From the NCBI RefSeq assembly GCF_009914755.1, contig NC_060931.1: 64,000 bases of DNA. One strand, 5' to 3'. The stretch comes from the human T2T-CHM13v2.0 reference genome, Homo sapiens. This document shows, one piece after another, positions 1 through 16,127 of this stretch. Each line of letters opens with the position of its first letter. The first letter of the stretch is position 1. The notes beneath the pieces were generated by a model. That model saw nothing but the letters and a program-made list of their open reading frames with translations. It searched no databases and had not been told where the DNA came from. A program made the position numbers and the translations under genes.

Positions 1-557
1 GTCAATGATGGGATGCATGTATGACAGCAGTCCCATAAGATTATAATGGAGCTGAAAAATTTCTATTGTCTAGTGACATCATAGCCATTGTAATATCATA
101 GCACAAGTACTTAATTTTTAAATAAATTTAGTGTAACCTAAGTGTACACTGTTTATAGTGTAGTACTCTATCTGTAGTTGTGTACAGTAATATCCTAGGC
201 CTTCACATTCACTCAACACTCACTCACTGACTCATTCAGAGCAACTTCTAGTCCTCCATTGATAAGTGCCCTATATAGGTGTGCCAATTTTAATTTTTTT
301 ACCATATTTTTACTGTACATTTTCTATGTTTAAATATATACTTATCATTGTGCTACAATTACCTACAATATTTAGTACAGTAACATGCTGTACAGGCCTG
401 TAGTCTAGGAGTAATAGGCTATACCATACAACCCAAGTGTGTACTGGATTATACCATCTAGGTTTGTGTAGCACTCTATGATGTTCACACAATGACAAAA
501 ATCACCTAATGACACACTTCTCAAAAGGTATCCCCATCATTAAGCAATGCGTGACTG
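1..557 (+). mobile_element. Tigger3/MER7-like Tc1-mariner DNA transposon remnant
   Basis: Ends in TIR-like TTAAGCAATGCGTGACTG followed by TA; internal sequence resembles the recalled Tigger3 family. Confidence 0.65.
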
Positions 558-631
558 TAATTGAAACTGAGTCAGAAAAAAAAAAGAAAAGAGAGAGAGA
601 GAGAAATCCAGGATTATGAAACAGAAAGAAA

Positions 632-1365
<734 letters not shown>

Positions 1366-1489
1366 TCTCTCAAAGAATTTGTAACCATATTGACCATTTT
1401 TGGTTTGGGTTAAACAGAAATAATAATAAATTCATTTTTTTTAAAAAAATGAATGAAAAGAAAAAAAGAGTTTGTAACCAAAGGCCAGC

Positions 1490-3263
<1,774 letters not shown>

Positions 3264-3478
3264 CTAATAAGTATATGGGTAAAGCCATTAACTTTATAAA
3301 ACAGTATCATGATGAAAACGTGGGGGTAGAACAATAAGATGGAACAAAAACACTAGATAATAATAACACTCTAACACCAGAGAGAGTAATCAAGAGTTAG
3401 TGTTCTAAATTTCAATTATTCTTCAAGAAGAAAGTATAAATATTAATTTACTTTAGGCCTTATTAATAAATGTACACA

Positions 3479-3602
3479 TTAAAAATATTTGAGTAACCAG
3501 TAAAATAGTAGAAATAGAATGGTTATCTTCTACAACATGTTAAAAATATTTAAGAGTAACCAGTAAAATCATAGAAATAGAATGTATATCATCTAAAACA
3601 TG
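3479..3602. repeat. About 62-bp tandem duplication, 2 copies
   Basis: TTAAAAATATTT..GAGTAACCAGTAAAAT...AGAAATAGAATG...AACATG begins at 3479 and again at 3540. Confidence 0.85.
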
Positions 3603-4304
3603 AAAGTAGAAAAAAGGGGGTAGATTTAAATACTCAATAAATAGTACACTACTTGGTAATGGGTGCGCTAAAATCTGACTTCACCACTATACCATTCATC
3701 AATGTAACCAAAAACCACATCTATCCCAGAAGCTATTGAAATTACTTTAAACGTTTTTATTTTTTAAAAATTCAATAAAGTCAGGAAAGGGGAAAAATAA
3801 AACATATAAAAAGATAATAAATAATAAATAAAAAGATAATAAATAGTATAAAATGAAATTAGAAAAATGAACCCAAGTATATCAATAATCATAATAAATT
3901 TAACAAAATGTATTGGTTAGAAGACAAAAATTTTTTATTCCTAAAAATGCTTTTTGCTTTAATGTTTTTCCCCCAATATTAATGTAGCTATCTATTTTCT
4001 TTTCTTAGTTTTATTTTTAATTGACAAATAATAATTAAAATGCATTTATGGTTAAAATGTGATGTTTTGATTTATGTTTATAATGTGGAATGATTAAATC
4101 AGGTTAATAATTAAGAAATCACCACCTCACATAATTAACATTTTTGTGTGTGAAGAAAACATTTAAAATCTACACTTTCAGGCACGGAAAGACAAATTCT
4201 CCATGATTTCACTTCTATGTGAAATTTTAAAATGTTGGACTTACGGAAGTAACGAGTAAAATGATGGTTATCAGCCTTCCTTTCATTTGTGTTCATTTTG
4301 TTTT

Positions 4305-4711
4305 TGAAAGATTCTCCCCAACGCCCGAAAGCTTGAAGGAATGAGTAACTCCTCTCTTCTCAGGCCCAGTCCCAAGGCACAAGGCCACTTGTACCAGCAG
4401 CGTGAGTCAGCAAGATAGCAGAAGCAGGAAGAGAGCCGGCCAGAAGACACCTACCCTGGCCGGAAGACACGTACCCCTGAAGATCGAGAAACAGGCCATC
4501 TGGGTACCACATAGCAGTTACATCAGACTGGGACAATTCCTGTTTACGGAAGACTATAAAACCCTGCCCCCTACTCATTTGGTGCTGACGCCATTTTAGG
4601 CCTTAGCCTGCCTGCACCCAGGCGCTCATTAAAACAGCAGGTTGCTCCACACTGCCTCGTGTTGTCTGTTGGCACACTCTCAAGAGTTTGAACGGATACA
4701 AGAATCTTTCA
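4305..4711 (+). promoter_or_regulatory. 5' LTR (MER48-like), putative NFE4 promoter
   Basis: Direct repeat of 9417-9823. TATAAAA at 4555-4561, ATTAAA at 4628-4633, AP-1/NF-E2 site at 4402-4412, GATA site at 4413-4418. Family name is from recall. Confidence 0.88.
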
Positions 4712-4866
4712 TCTGGTGCCGAAACCCGGGAGGGGCTCCGGTCTTCGTCCCCCGTGGACCTACCCCTCCGCCCCAGAAAGCAGGACACAGCAGCCGGACA
4801 AAGGAAGCTCCTCAGCCTCCAGTTGCTTCTCTGTGCATGCACATCAGTCACTGATCTCACCTACTG
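4652..4866 (+). CDS. NFE4: NFE4 coding exon 1 (CUG start)
   Basis: CTG at 4652 (A at -3) opens (M)PRVVCWHTLKSLNGYKNLSSGAETREGLRSSSPVDLPLRPRKQDTAAGQRKLLSLQLLLCACTSVTDLTY(W), ending at donor TG|GTAAGT. Matches the recalled NF-E4 N-terminus; residue 43 is Lys (4778-4780). Confidence 0.85.
4714..4731 (+). other. Primer binding site complementary to the tRNA-Phe 3' end
   Basis: TGGTGCCGAAACCCGGGA, 2 nt after the LTR end, is the reverse complement of tRNA-Phe ...TCCCGGGTTTCGGCACCA. Confidence 0.92.
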
Positions 4867-5133
4867 GTAAGTTTCCCGGGAGCCCGGTTAACAAGGAAAA
4901 ATCCATACAGCCTCTCTTGGTTTCTCCAGTCTGAAAATCCAACATTGGTCCAAGAAGGCTCCGACGTGTGCCAGGTACTTGCTGATCATCTGGTCTTAGG
5001 GGGACGCCTCTAAGCCATTTGATCCCGTTCCGGGAACGAAAAAGGCAGCGGTGACGATCGCTCCTTTCATCGTCTCCCTCCACCATCCAGGATGGTCTCC
5101 TTTTTCCCTGTTTTCCCGAGCCTACCCTCAGTT

Positions 5134-7252
<2,119 letters not shown>

Positions 7253-8136
7253 TAGTGCCTTGGAACAGACACCCCAGCAACTACCATCGCTTCATCTGAG
7301 CCAAGGGTAACCCTGATGGTGGCAGGTAGGCCAGTATGTTTTTAAAATTAATACCAGGGCAACCTATTCTGCTTTCCCTAATTTTTCAGGACCCACCCAG
7401 TCCTCCCAAGTCTCTATTGTGGAAATTGATGAACAAGCCTCCAAACCCTGAGCCCCCCGCTCCACTTTTCTGCTCCCTGCACACCTTTTCCTTCACTCAC
7501 TCTTTCTTAGTCCTGCCCTCATGCCCAACTCCGCTCCAAGGCATCCTTTCAAAACTCCACACTGCTCTCCACTTCCACGTTCCCCATAATACCCAACGCA
7601 TCAACCCAAACCCCTCTGGGGCTTCTTTCTTCTACTCCAACCTCCCACCTTAAAACATGCAACCTTTCCTTATCCCCCATCTGTAGTTAGCCCCCCTGTT
7701 TGGGGTAATTCCACACCCTCAGTCGCAAAACACCACACTCCCGTCCGTCCACATTACCCTTAAAGAGCCCACCCAGTTCCTATCACAGAAGCAGTATCCC
7801 ATCCCCCAAGCAGCTCTCACAGGCCTAACGCCTATCATTTCTCACCTCCTCGCCAGTCACCTACTCCGCCCAACATACTCCCCTTTTAACACACCAATTC
7901 TACCTGTTAAAAAACCAGATGGAACTTATCGCTTAGTCCAGGACCTCAGGCTTATTAACCAAGCTGTACTCCCAGTATGTCCAGTAGCTCCTAACCCATA
8001 TACTTTACTTTCTGCAGTTCCCTCCAATACCACCCATTTTTCTGTTCTAGACCTAAAGGATGCTTTTTTCACAATTCCATTACACCCTGATTCCCAAAAC
8101 CTCTTTGCCTTTACATGGGAAAACCCCAACACCCAC
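7253..8136 (+). pseudogene. ERV protease and N-terminal reverse transcriptase remnant
   Basis: Degenerate protease site (INTRATYS). RT motifs PFNTPILPVKKPDGTYRLVQDLRLIN and VLDLKDAFFTIPLHPDSQNLFAFTW. Truncated before LPQG/YXDD. Confidence 0.9.
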
Positions 8137-8745
8137 GGAGTCCCTGTGTATGATCACTTAAACAGAGAAAAACGATCCTTAAAGGTAGGAGGAAGCCAAA
8201 GACGGCAAGAGGACGAGTGGCCCCTGCAATGGATCATCGAATATTATGGTCCTGCCACTTGGGCGGAGGATGGTTCATGGGGTTATCGCACTCCCATATA
8301 TATGCTAAATAGAATAATTAAGGCTACAGGCTGTTCTAGAGATAATCACTAACCAAACCGCCTCCGTCCTGGAAATGCTCGCACAACGACAAAAACAAAT
8401 GTGCGTGGCAATTTATCAAAACAGGCTAGCACTAGACTACTTATTAGCAGAAGAGGGTGGAGTCTGTGGTAACTTTAATGTCTCCAATTGTTGTCTTAAC
8501 ATAGACAATAATGGAAAAGCAGTTCTAGAAATCGCTTCAAACATCAGAAAAGTAGCCCATGTACCAGTCCAAACCTGGAAAGGATGGGACCTGGCAAACC
8601 TTCTAGGAGGATGTTTCTCTAATTTAGAAGGATTTAAAATGCTGATAAGGACAGTAATCTTCATCATTGGGCTCCTCCTTTTTCTCCCGTGTTATCCCAC
8701 TGATAATAAAAGCCATTAAAACTCTTGTTGAAGCTACAGTTAACT
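8137..8745 (+). pseudogene. ERV env remnant (SU end plus TM)
   Basis: Furin-like [30 protein letters not shown], immunosuppressive domain [18 protein letters not shown] and CX6CC ([10 protein letters not shown] region). Frameshifted near 8322. Confidence 0.9.
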
Positions 8746-9214
8746 ATGTTTATTGTGGCACTATTCACAATAGCAAAGACTTGGAACCAACCCAAATGTC
8801 CAACAATGATAGACTGGATTAAGAAAATGTGGCACATATGCACCATGGAATACTATGCAGCCATAAAAAATGATGAGTTCATGTCCTTTGTAGGGACATG
8901 GATGAAGCTGGAAACCATCATTCTCAGCAAACTATCGCAAGGACAAAAACCAAACACTGCATATTCTCACTCATAGGTGGGAATTGAACAATGAGAACAC
9001 ATGGACACAGGAAGGGGAACATCACACACCGGGGCCTGTTGTGGGGTGGGGGGAGAGGGGATGGATAGCATTAGGAGATATACCTAATGTTAAATGACGA
9101 ATTAATGGGTGCGGCACACCAACATGGCACATGTGGCACATGTATACATATGTAACTAACCTGCACGTTGTGCACATGTACCCTAAAACTTAAAGTATAA
9201 TAATAAAAGAAAAA
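8746..9214 (+). mobile_element. 5'-truncated L1PA 3' end inserted in ERV env
   Basis: L1 ORF2 C-terminus (MFIVALFTIAKTWNQPKCP), G-rich 3' UTR, A tail. Imperfect 16-bp TSD at 8730-8745 and 9215-9230. Confidence 0.92.
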
Positions 9215-9416
9215 GAAACTACAATTAACTGCCAGACAATCCAGACAATGCTCCTGCTACAATGACAAGATGGATACTAACCTGTCTCTCAAGAATACCA
9301 AAAAAATTAAGGTTTTCTTTTTCCAAGGTGCCCACGCCACCCCCTATGTCATGCCTAAAGTAGTTATTGAGAAAGTCACCCTTTTTCCCTTTTTTCTATA
9401 ACCAAATAGAAAGGAA

Positions 9417-9823
9417 TGAAGGATTCTCCCCAGGGCCTGAAAGCTTGAAGGAATGAATAACTCCTCCCTTCTCAGGCCCAGTCCCAAGGCGCAAGGCCAC
9501 TTGTGCCAGCAGTGTGAGTCAGCAAGATAGCAGAAGCAGGAAGAGAGCCGGCCAGAAGACACCTACTCTGACTGGGAGACACGTACCCCTGAAGATTGAG
9601 AAAGAGGCCATCCAGATACCACATAGCAGTTACATCAGACTGGGACATTTCCTGTTTACAGGAGACTATAAAACCCCTGCCCCCTACTCATTTGGTGCTG
9701 ACGCCATTTTAGGCCTCAGCCTGCCTGCACCCAGGTACTCATTAAAACAGCGTGTTGCTCCACACTGCCTCGTGTTGTCTGTTGGCACACTCTCGGGGTT
9801 TGAACTGATACAAGAATCCTTCA
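9417..9823 (+). mobile_element. 3' LTR
   Basis: About 92% identical to the 5' LTR by manual count; followed by TSD GTTTT. Confidence 0.92.
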
Positions 9824-10839
9824 GTTTTGTATTGTATTTTAGTTGGATTTTTAAAGTTTATCTCACAAAGAGGGTGACTACATAATAATTAAAGGTAGCA
9901 ATTCACTAGAGATTATAGCAATCCTAACTATGCAAGCATCTAATAACAAAGCCACAAAGTGACAAGGAGAATCTGACAAATCCACAATCATAATGAAAGA
10001 TAATATCAAAACGATCTCAATACTTGATAGATCAATGCAAGGAAATAAGTCTTCGATTTCTCAGTGCTCCTGTAAAAAGCACTAGCCTCCAGAGGCATGG
10101 AAATCTACATGATATAAAGATAGGTAATTTTACCCTTCACTTACTTTACAAACATTTTACTTTCCACCTACTATTGAAATTAGATCTGTAGTTATTCGTA
10201 GACAAATAGTTATTTGTCTGACAAACAGTTAATTGCTCTGATCCAAAAGAATAATAAAACTTCTCTTACCTCCCCAAGAAAGTCAAATGGTCACAGCCTG
10301 GATTAGTCAAGATTCCAAGGTGTCAGGAAGATCCCTAATTTACATTTCAAGAAGAAATGGGTCCCAGGACCTTGGAGACATGTCTAGGTCATAAAAGCTG
10401 GAGATGCTAGGGCTTACCTGGCCCTTGGAGAGATGCATTCTAAGAAGTCTTGCCTCTCTCTTTTACTTATAAATACCTTTGTGATTTTATTAGATCCACC
10501 CAGATAATCCAGGATAATCTCCCCATTTCAAAATTCTTGATTTAATCAAATCTGAGAAGACTCTTTTGTCACGTAAGGTAACATACTCACAGGTTCTGAG
10601 GACTGGGATATGGACATCTTTGTAGGGGGTGGGGTAATGTTCTACCTACCATACTATATGAGGGAATAATAAACACTAAATTTAAGACAGCAAATACCTC
10701 TGAGGGAGAAAAGAGAATGCAGTCATGGAGGCTTTAATTGTATGTTATGTTTTATTTCTTAAACTGGGTGGTGAGTGTACAGTTGCTCATTAAATTTCTT
10801 TGCATGCCTGAAATATTTTATTGAATAATCTCACTTTTT

Positions 10840-12055
10840 AATAAAAATACTTAGGAATAAATTTAACTAATTTAACTAAAAAGGTGAAAGACTAGCATAC
10901 TGAAAATTACAAAACATTGCTGTAAAAAAATGTAAAAAGGCCTAAACAAATGGAAAGACATCCCATGTTCATGGATTGGAAGACATAACAATGATAACAG
11001 AAATTGAATCAGAATTTAAAATCTGCCTCTGAATAAACACCAAACAAACATGGGCCAAGAGTTTTATAAGACCATTCTATCAAATATCCAAAGAACAGAC
11101 CCTACAAACAATAAAAATACTAAGATGTCAATACTATCTAAAGTGATCTATAGATTCAATGTAATCCCTATAAAAATTTCAAAGGCTTTTTTTGCAAAAA
11201 TGAAAAATCTGACCCTCAAATTTGCAGTAAGTGCAAGGAGTCACAAGTAGCCAAAACAATTTTGAAAAAGAACAAAGTTGGAGGACTCACATTTCCTGAT
11301 TTGAAAACTTACTACAAAGATATAGTAATCAAAATATCAAGGTACAGGATAGACATATAGACCAATGGAATAGAGCTGAGAGACCAGAAATAAATCCATA
11401 CATCATGGCCAAGTGATTTTCAACAAGTGTGGCAAAACATTCAATGGGGGGAAAAAAGTCTTTTAAATAAATGGGACTGGGACAACTGGGTATCCAAATG
11501 TAAAAGAATGAGTTTGGACCCTCTACCTTACACCATATAGCAAAATGAAGTCAAAATGAGATAAATGACCTAAATATAAGAGCTAAAACCAGCCGGGTGC
11601 GGTGGCTTACGCCTGTAATCCCAGCACTTTGCGAGGCTGAGGCAGGCGAATCACGAGGTCAGGAGATTGAGACCATCTTGGCTAACATGGTGAAACCCCA
11701 GGTCTACTAAAAATACAAAGAATTAGCCGGGTGTGGTGGTGGGCACCTGCAGTCCCAGCTACTCAGGAGGCTGAGTCAGGAGAATGGTGTGAACCTGGGA
11801 GCCAGAGCTTGCAGTGAGCTGAGATCGTGCCACTGCACTCCAGCCTGGGCGACAGAGCGAGACTCCATCTCAAAAAAAAAAAGAGCTAAAACCATAAACT
11901 CTTATCAAAAAAATAGGGATAAATAAATCTTCATGACCCTGCGTTTAACAAAGAATATGACACCAAAAGCATGAGAAACAAAGGAAAAAATAAATAAGAG
12001 TTCATCAAAATGAAAACCTTTTGTGTGTCAAAGAACATGATAAAGAAAGTAAAGA
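10840..12055 (+). mobile_element. Old L1M ORF2 3' fragment with an AluY at 11592-11882
   Basis: ORF2-like [19 protein letters not shown]; Alu TSD AAGAGCTAAAACCA. Confidence 0.85.
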
Positions 12056-12632
12056 CTTCACTTTTTGCCTGTATGTACTGGGAGGGCAAGAAAAATGCCA
12101 GCAATTAAATGAGTTGTTGAAATGGCCAACAAGCCTTGGAAAGGTATTATGTTGGATCAGGTGGCCTGAAAGCTGTACTTGTAGTTTTGTACCTACTGTA
12201 CTTGTAGGATATTTTTGAAGACAGAGGAACTATTGTAATTAGTCCTATGTTCAGAGAGGTAAAAGCAACTAGAAAAGAAAAGTGGCAGCACAGAAAAGTA
12301 GTAGAAATATAGAATCAATTTTCTGAGCATACAGAGAAAGAACAAATGACTTGTTTAAAAGGGTCCATTTTAATGTTCTTCCTTTTTATACTGGTAAATA
12401 CTTTCTAGTCCAAGAAATCTGGCTCCGAATTTCCTAAAATTTTTACTTATTTGATCTATTCCCCTGTATGTACCCATCTCCCATTGCCTGCACACCTTTC
12501 CTGTGCAAATGCCCCCCCTTACCCACCTCTTTTTCTGACATTCCACACAGGCCAGTCTCTCATCCCACAGACTTGTTCTCAAAGAAGACATACTTTCTCT
12601 AGAAGATAGTATCCTAAAGAGCATTCTCCTAT

Positions 12633-12989
12633 TGTCTTAGTCCATTTGAGCTGCTAAAACTGAGTACTATAGACTGAGTAACTTATAAACAAGAGGATTT
12701 TATTTCTCACAGTGCTAGTGGCTGGAGGCCTAAGATAAAGTCTCCAGCAGATTCAGTGTCTGGTGAGAGCCCACTTCCTGGTTTATACACAGTCATTTCA
12801 CTGTGTCCACACATGGCAGTAGGACCAAGGAGAATCTGGGATCCCTTTTATAAGGGCACTAATCCCATTCATGAGGGCTTTGCCCTCATGGCTTAATCAT
12901 TTCCAAAGACGTCACCTGCAAATACCATCATATTGGGGATTAGGTTCAACGTCTGAGTTTTGCGGGACATAAACATTCAGTCTATAGCA
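12633..12989 (-). mobile_element. MaLR solo LTR (MLT1/MST type)
   Basis: TGTCTTAGTCC...ATTCAGTCTATAGCA termini; near-TSD CCTAT/ACTAT. Confidence 0.75.
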
Positions 12990-13749
12990 ACTATGTTTCC
13001 CAAATTCCATTAAAAGCCAAAATATTATTTTGACTATACAGGTCCAAATGGGTCTGTAATCCCAGCACTCTGTGAGGCTGAGGGGGGCAGATCACGAGGT
13101 CAATGCTGGGTTACAGCCCAGCATTCAAACACTGGATCCCGGGCACATATAGATACACTCTTCTTTTTCCTCCACTGTGGAGTAGCAGTCCCACTTCTCC
13201 TTGATAGTTAGGGTCAATTACTCCACCCAACACAGTAATTCCCTTCTTCGCTTGTTGATTCAGGGGCATGAGGAGTTCATAGTGGTTGGGTGGCAGTCTT
13301 AACTTTTAGTTCGATAGAACTATCACTGTGCGTCCTGGTGTAAACATTCCTCCTTTTTGAACCAAAACCTCTAGGTTAGCAGCATAAGCTTATGGAAACA
13401 GAAAGCAAAATTTTTGCTAGTAGGTTACTAGGGGTAATAGTGAGTGTGCCACTCCCATTTCCAACCCTTGATTCCTGGACCCAAGAATCTTGACTATGGA
13501 AGGAAGAGTATCATATATTGGACTGTGATTCAGAGTATATACAGATTCCTAGAGAACTTTGCCCCAGCCTTGCAAGGTACTCTCCCATCGTTGGCACTGG
13601 AATTGAGTCTTCCAAAGGCCACTTCACCATTCTGTCAAACCAGCTACTTCAGAGTAGTGGTAAAAACTACAGTGTAACTGTGTTCACTGTAAAAACCAGT
13701 GAATTCCAGGAGCATGGACCCATTGAGGCATTTCTTTTGCTGTGAAGTT

Positions 13750-13951
13750 TTATAAATGGAAGTTCCTCTGCACAAGCTCTCTTGCCTGCCACCATGTAAG
13801 ATGTCCCTTTGCTATTCTTTCATTTGCAACCATGATTGTGAGGCCTCCCCAGCCATGTGTAACTGTGAGTCCATTAAACTTCTTTCCTTTATAAATTACC
13901 CACCCAGTCTTGGGTATGTCTTTATTAGCAGCATGAGAACAGACTAATACA
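13750..13951 (+). mobile_element. THE1 LTR, 3' half only
   Basis: Typical THE1 text CATGATTGTGAGGCCTCCCCAGCCATGTG...GAGAACAGACTAATACA. Confidence 0.85.
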
Positions 13952-14530
13952 AGCTTTAGAGCCCTTTCTAACTCCTTGTGCCAAAATATAAATGCAGAAT
14001 CTCTATTTAGAGAACTCATGTGAATAAACTCAGCGTCTTCCAACTTTATCTTCTTTCTACCATTATCCCATACCCTCATTATCCATTTCCACATATTTTT
14101 CAGATTTCAGTCTGTATAAGTTAGAAAACTCAAGTAGTTTTTTTTGGAGTGTAGTGCACTTTCTCATGGGTCACATTTTGTCCCACACCTTCAAAGGCCT
14201 GCTGGGACTTGAGTCTAATTATGAGACTAGAAGCAAAGAGGGGTGGTAGGGGTGAGTTCTAAGAAAAATCAATATTGTCTTGCTTGGCAACTGCCTCAGT
14301 GGAGGCCATTACAATTTCCTCATGCAGTGTAGCATTAACCACCTTCTGAGGTGGAGAAGCCACTAGCACTGGGAGTGCGGAGGCCACTTCCACTAGCAGT
14401 AGGATTGCCTCTTCCACTAGCAAAGAAGACTCACCAGAAGTTAGAGGCTCAATGTCCTCAGTTTCATCAAGGTCTTCCCACAAGTCCCCATTCCAACTTA
14501 TAGAAACCCATTCTGGTTTTCTTTTTTCCC

Positions 14531-14831
14531 TTTTTTTTTTTTTTTTTTTTGAGTGGGGTCTCGTTCTGTCACCCAGGCTGGAGTGCAGTGGTGTGATATC
14601 AGCTCACAGAAAACCCCACTTCCCAGGTTCAAGCAATTCTCTTGCCTCAGCCTCTGGAGTAGCTGGTTTTATAAGTGCCTACCACAATGCCCAGTTAATT
14701 TTTGTATTTTTAGTAGAGACGGGGTTTCACCATGTCGGCCGGGGCTGGTCTTAAACTCCTGACCTCAAGTGATCTGCCTGCTTTGGCCTCCCAAAGTGCT
14801 AGGATTACAGGCATGAGCCACCGCACCCAGC
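14531..14831 (-). mobile_element. AluS in the ERV-L remnant
   Basis: Antisense Alu; AGAAACCCATTCT repeated on both flanks. Confidence 0.9.
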
Positions 14832-15403
14832 AAGAAACCCATTCTTTCCCAGTCAACGCCTTCACTTTAACAGAGTATAAAAGTGGGTCACAGGATGAGA
14901 TAAGATAACTGTAAAACTGGGTCACAGGATGAGATTCTGCATTTGATTTTCAGGAATCTCAGCCCTGTGGCTAAAGGAGATAAGACTCTCCCTCAGGGCA
15001 CATGTGGAAGCTTTCAGTCATTTATGCAGTACTTGAGCTGGAAATTTGAATTCCTGAGCTCCTTCTTTTCTTTCAATACTTTGTTCGTGACATTAGGAGC
15101 AACAAGCCAACCTAATTATATTCATGTGATTTCCAGAAATGTTTGAGAGTATCATATGCACAATGATCAGCTCCTTGCTTCTTATAAGTGGTTGATTGGG
15201 AACATCCAATGGAGATATTTGGCATATCTCTATTGCCAGATAACACCGTGAAACATCAGTGCTCTTTTTAGCACTGAAAAAAGAGTCATTTGCATCTTTA
15301 AATCTGATCACATTAAAAAGCCAATTCTAGGAACCTAAAAACCAATTCTAAAAACTCATCCTTAAAATTCTGTTCCTATAGAACCACCCTTGGTACCAAA
15401 ATC

Positions 15404-15680
15404 TGTATTAGTCTGGGTTCTCCAGAGAAAAAGAACCAAGAAGATATATATAACTATCTACCTATCTATTTATCTACCTATCTATCCATCCATCCATCCA
15501 TTAGATATATATTGAGAGAGAAAGATAATTACTTAAAGGAATTGGCTTATGCAATAATGAAGGCCAAGAAGTCCAAGACCTTCTGTTGGCAAACTGGAGA
15601 CCCCAGAGAGCTGGTGGTATAGTTCCAGTACAAATCTGAGTCCAAAGGCAAGAGAAGATTGATGTCCCAGATCAAAGGCA
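15404..15680 (-). mobile_element. MLT2 LTR fragment containing a (TATC/CATC)n microsatellite
   Basis: TGTATTAGTCTGGGTTCTCCAGAGA terminus adjacent to the ERV-L internal part. Confidence 0.8.
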
Positions 15681-15937
15681 GTTCATTCATTCTTGGGGCT
15701 TATATGACGTTTTATTTATTATAACTACTTAATTGATATTTTTTTAATGCCGTACTTTCAATAAGAAGGGAAAGAAGATAACAATTGTATGGAGATAGAA
15801 AGGAGATTTATATTTGTTGTGCACTTCTGTGTGCTAGGAATTTTATTTTAATTATTAGAAGAACCCTGCTATGTGCCAATTATTATCTTAAAGATGCGGG
15901 AATCTAACTGCATACCATTTTCTAGTTCTATCTGGGT

Positions 15938-16127
15938 TAGGGTTGCTGCCTTAAATAAAGGATGCCCAATTAAATTTGTATTTCTGATAAAGAACAAATA
16001 AATTTTTTGTATTATTATATGCCACATATTGCACAGGACATACTTACACCAAAAAATAACAACTTTATCTTAAATTCAAATTTAACTGGGCATCCTTTAT
16101 TTTTATTTGCTAGTTCTGGCAACCCTA
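15938..16127. mobile_element. MER53-like palindromic MITE
   Basis: TIRs TAGGGTTGC...GCAACCCTA; internal inverted arms GGATGCCCAATTAAATTTG / CAAATTTAACTGGGCATCC. Confidence 0.8.

Larger units (their letters stand above)
13103..15403 (-). mobile_element. ERV-L (HERV-L-like) internal remnant: gag, integrase end, dUTPase
   Basis: WKWIMRVWDNG gag motif at about 14090. dUTPase-like KKGITVLGGVIDPNYQGEVGLLLH at about 13170-13250. PBS-like GATTTTGGTACCA next to the MLT2 LTR. Confidence 0.8.

Noticed and set aside
4402-4599. Duplicated ORF MSQQDSRSRKRAGQKTP at 4402 and 9514
   Set aside because: A by-product of the LTR duplication; it has a GTG start upstream of the TATA box.
8375-8719. Env TM ORF as a syncytin/suppressyn-like domesticated gene
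   Set aside because: No signal peptide or SU, frameshifted upstream, and the tail is interrupted by an L1.
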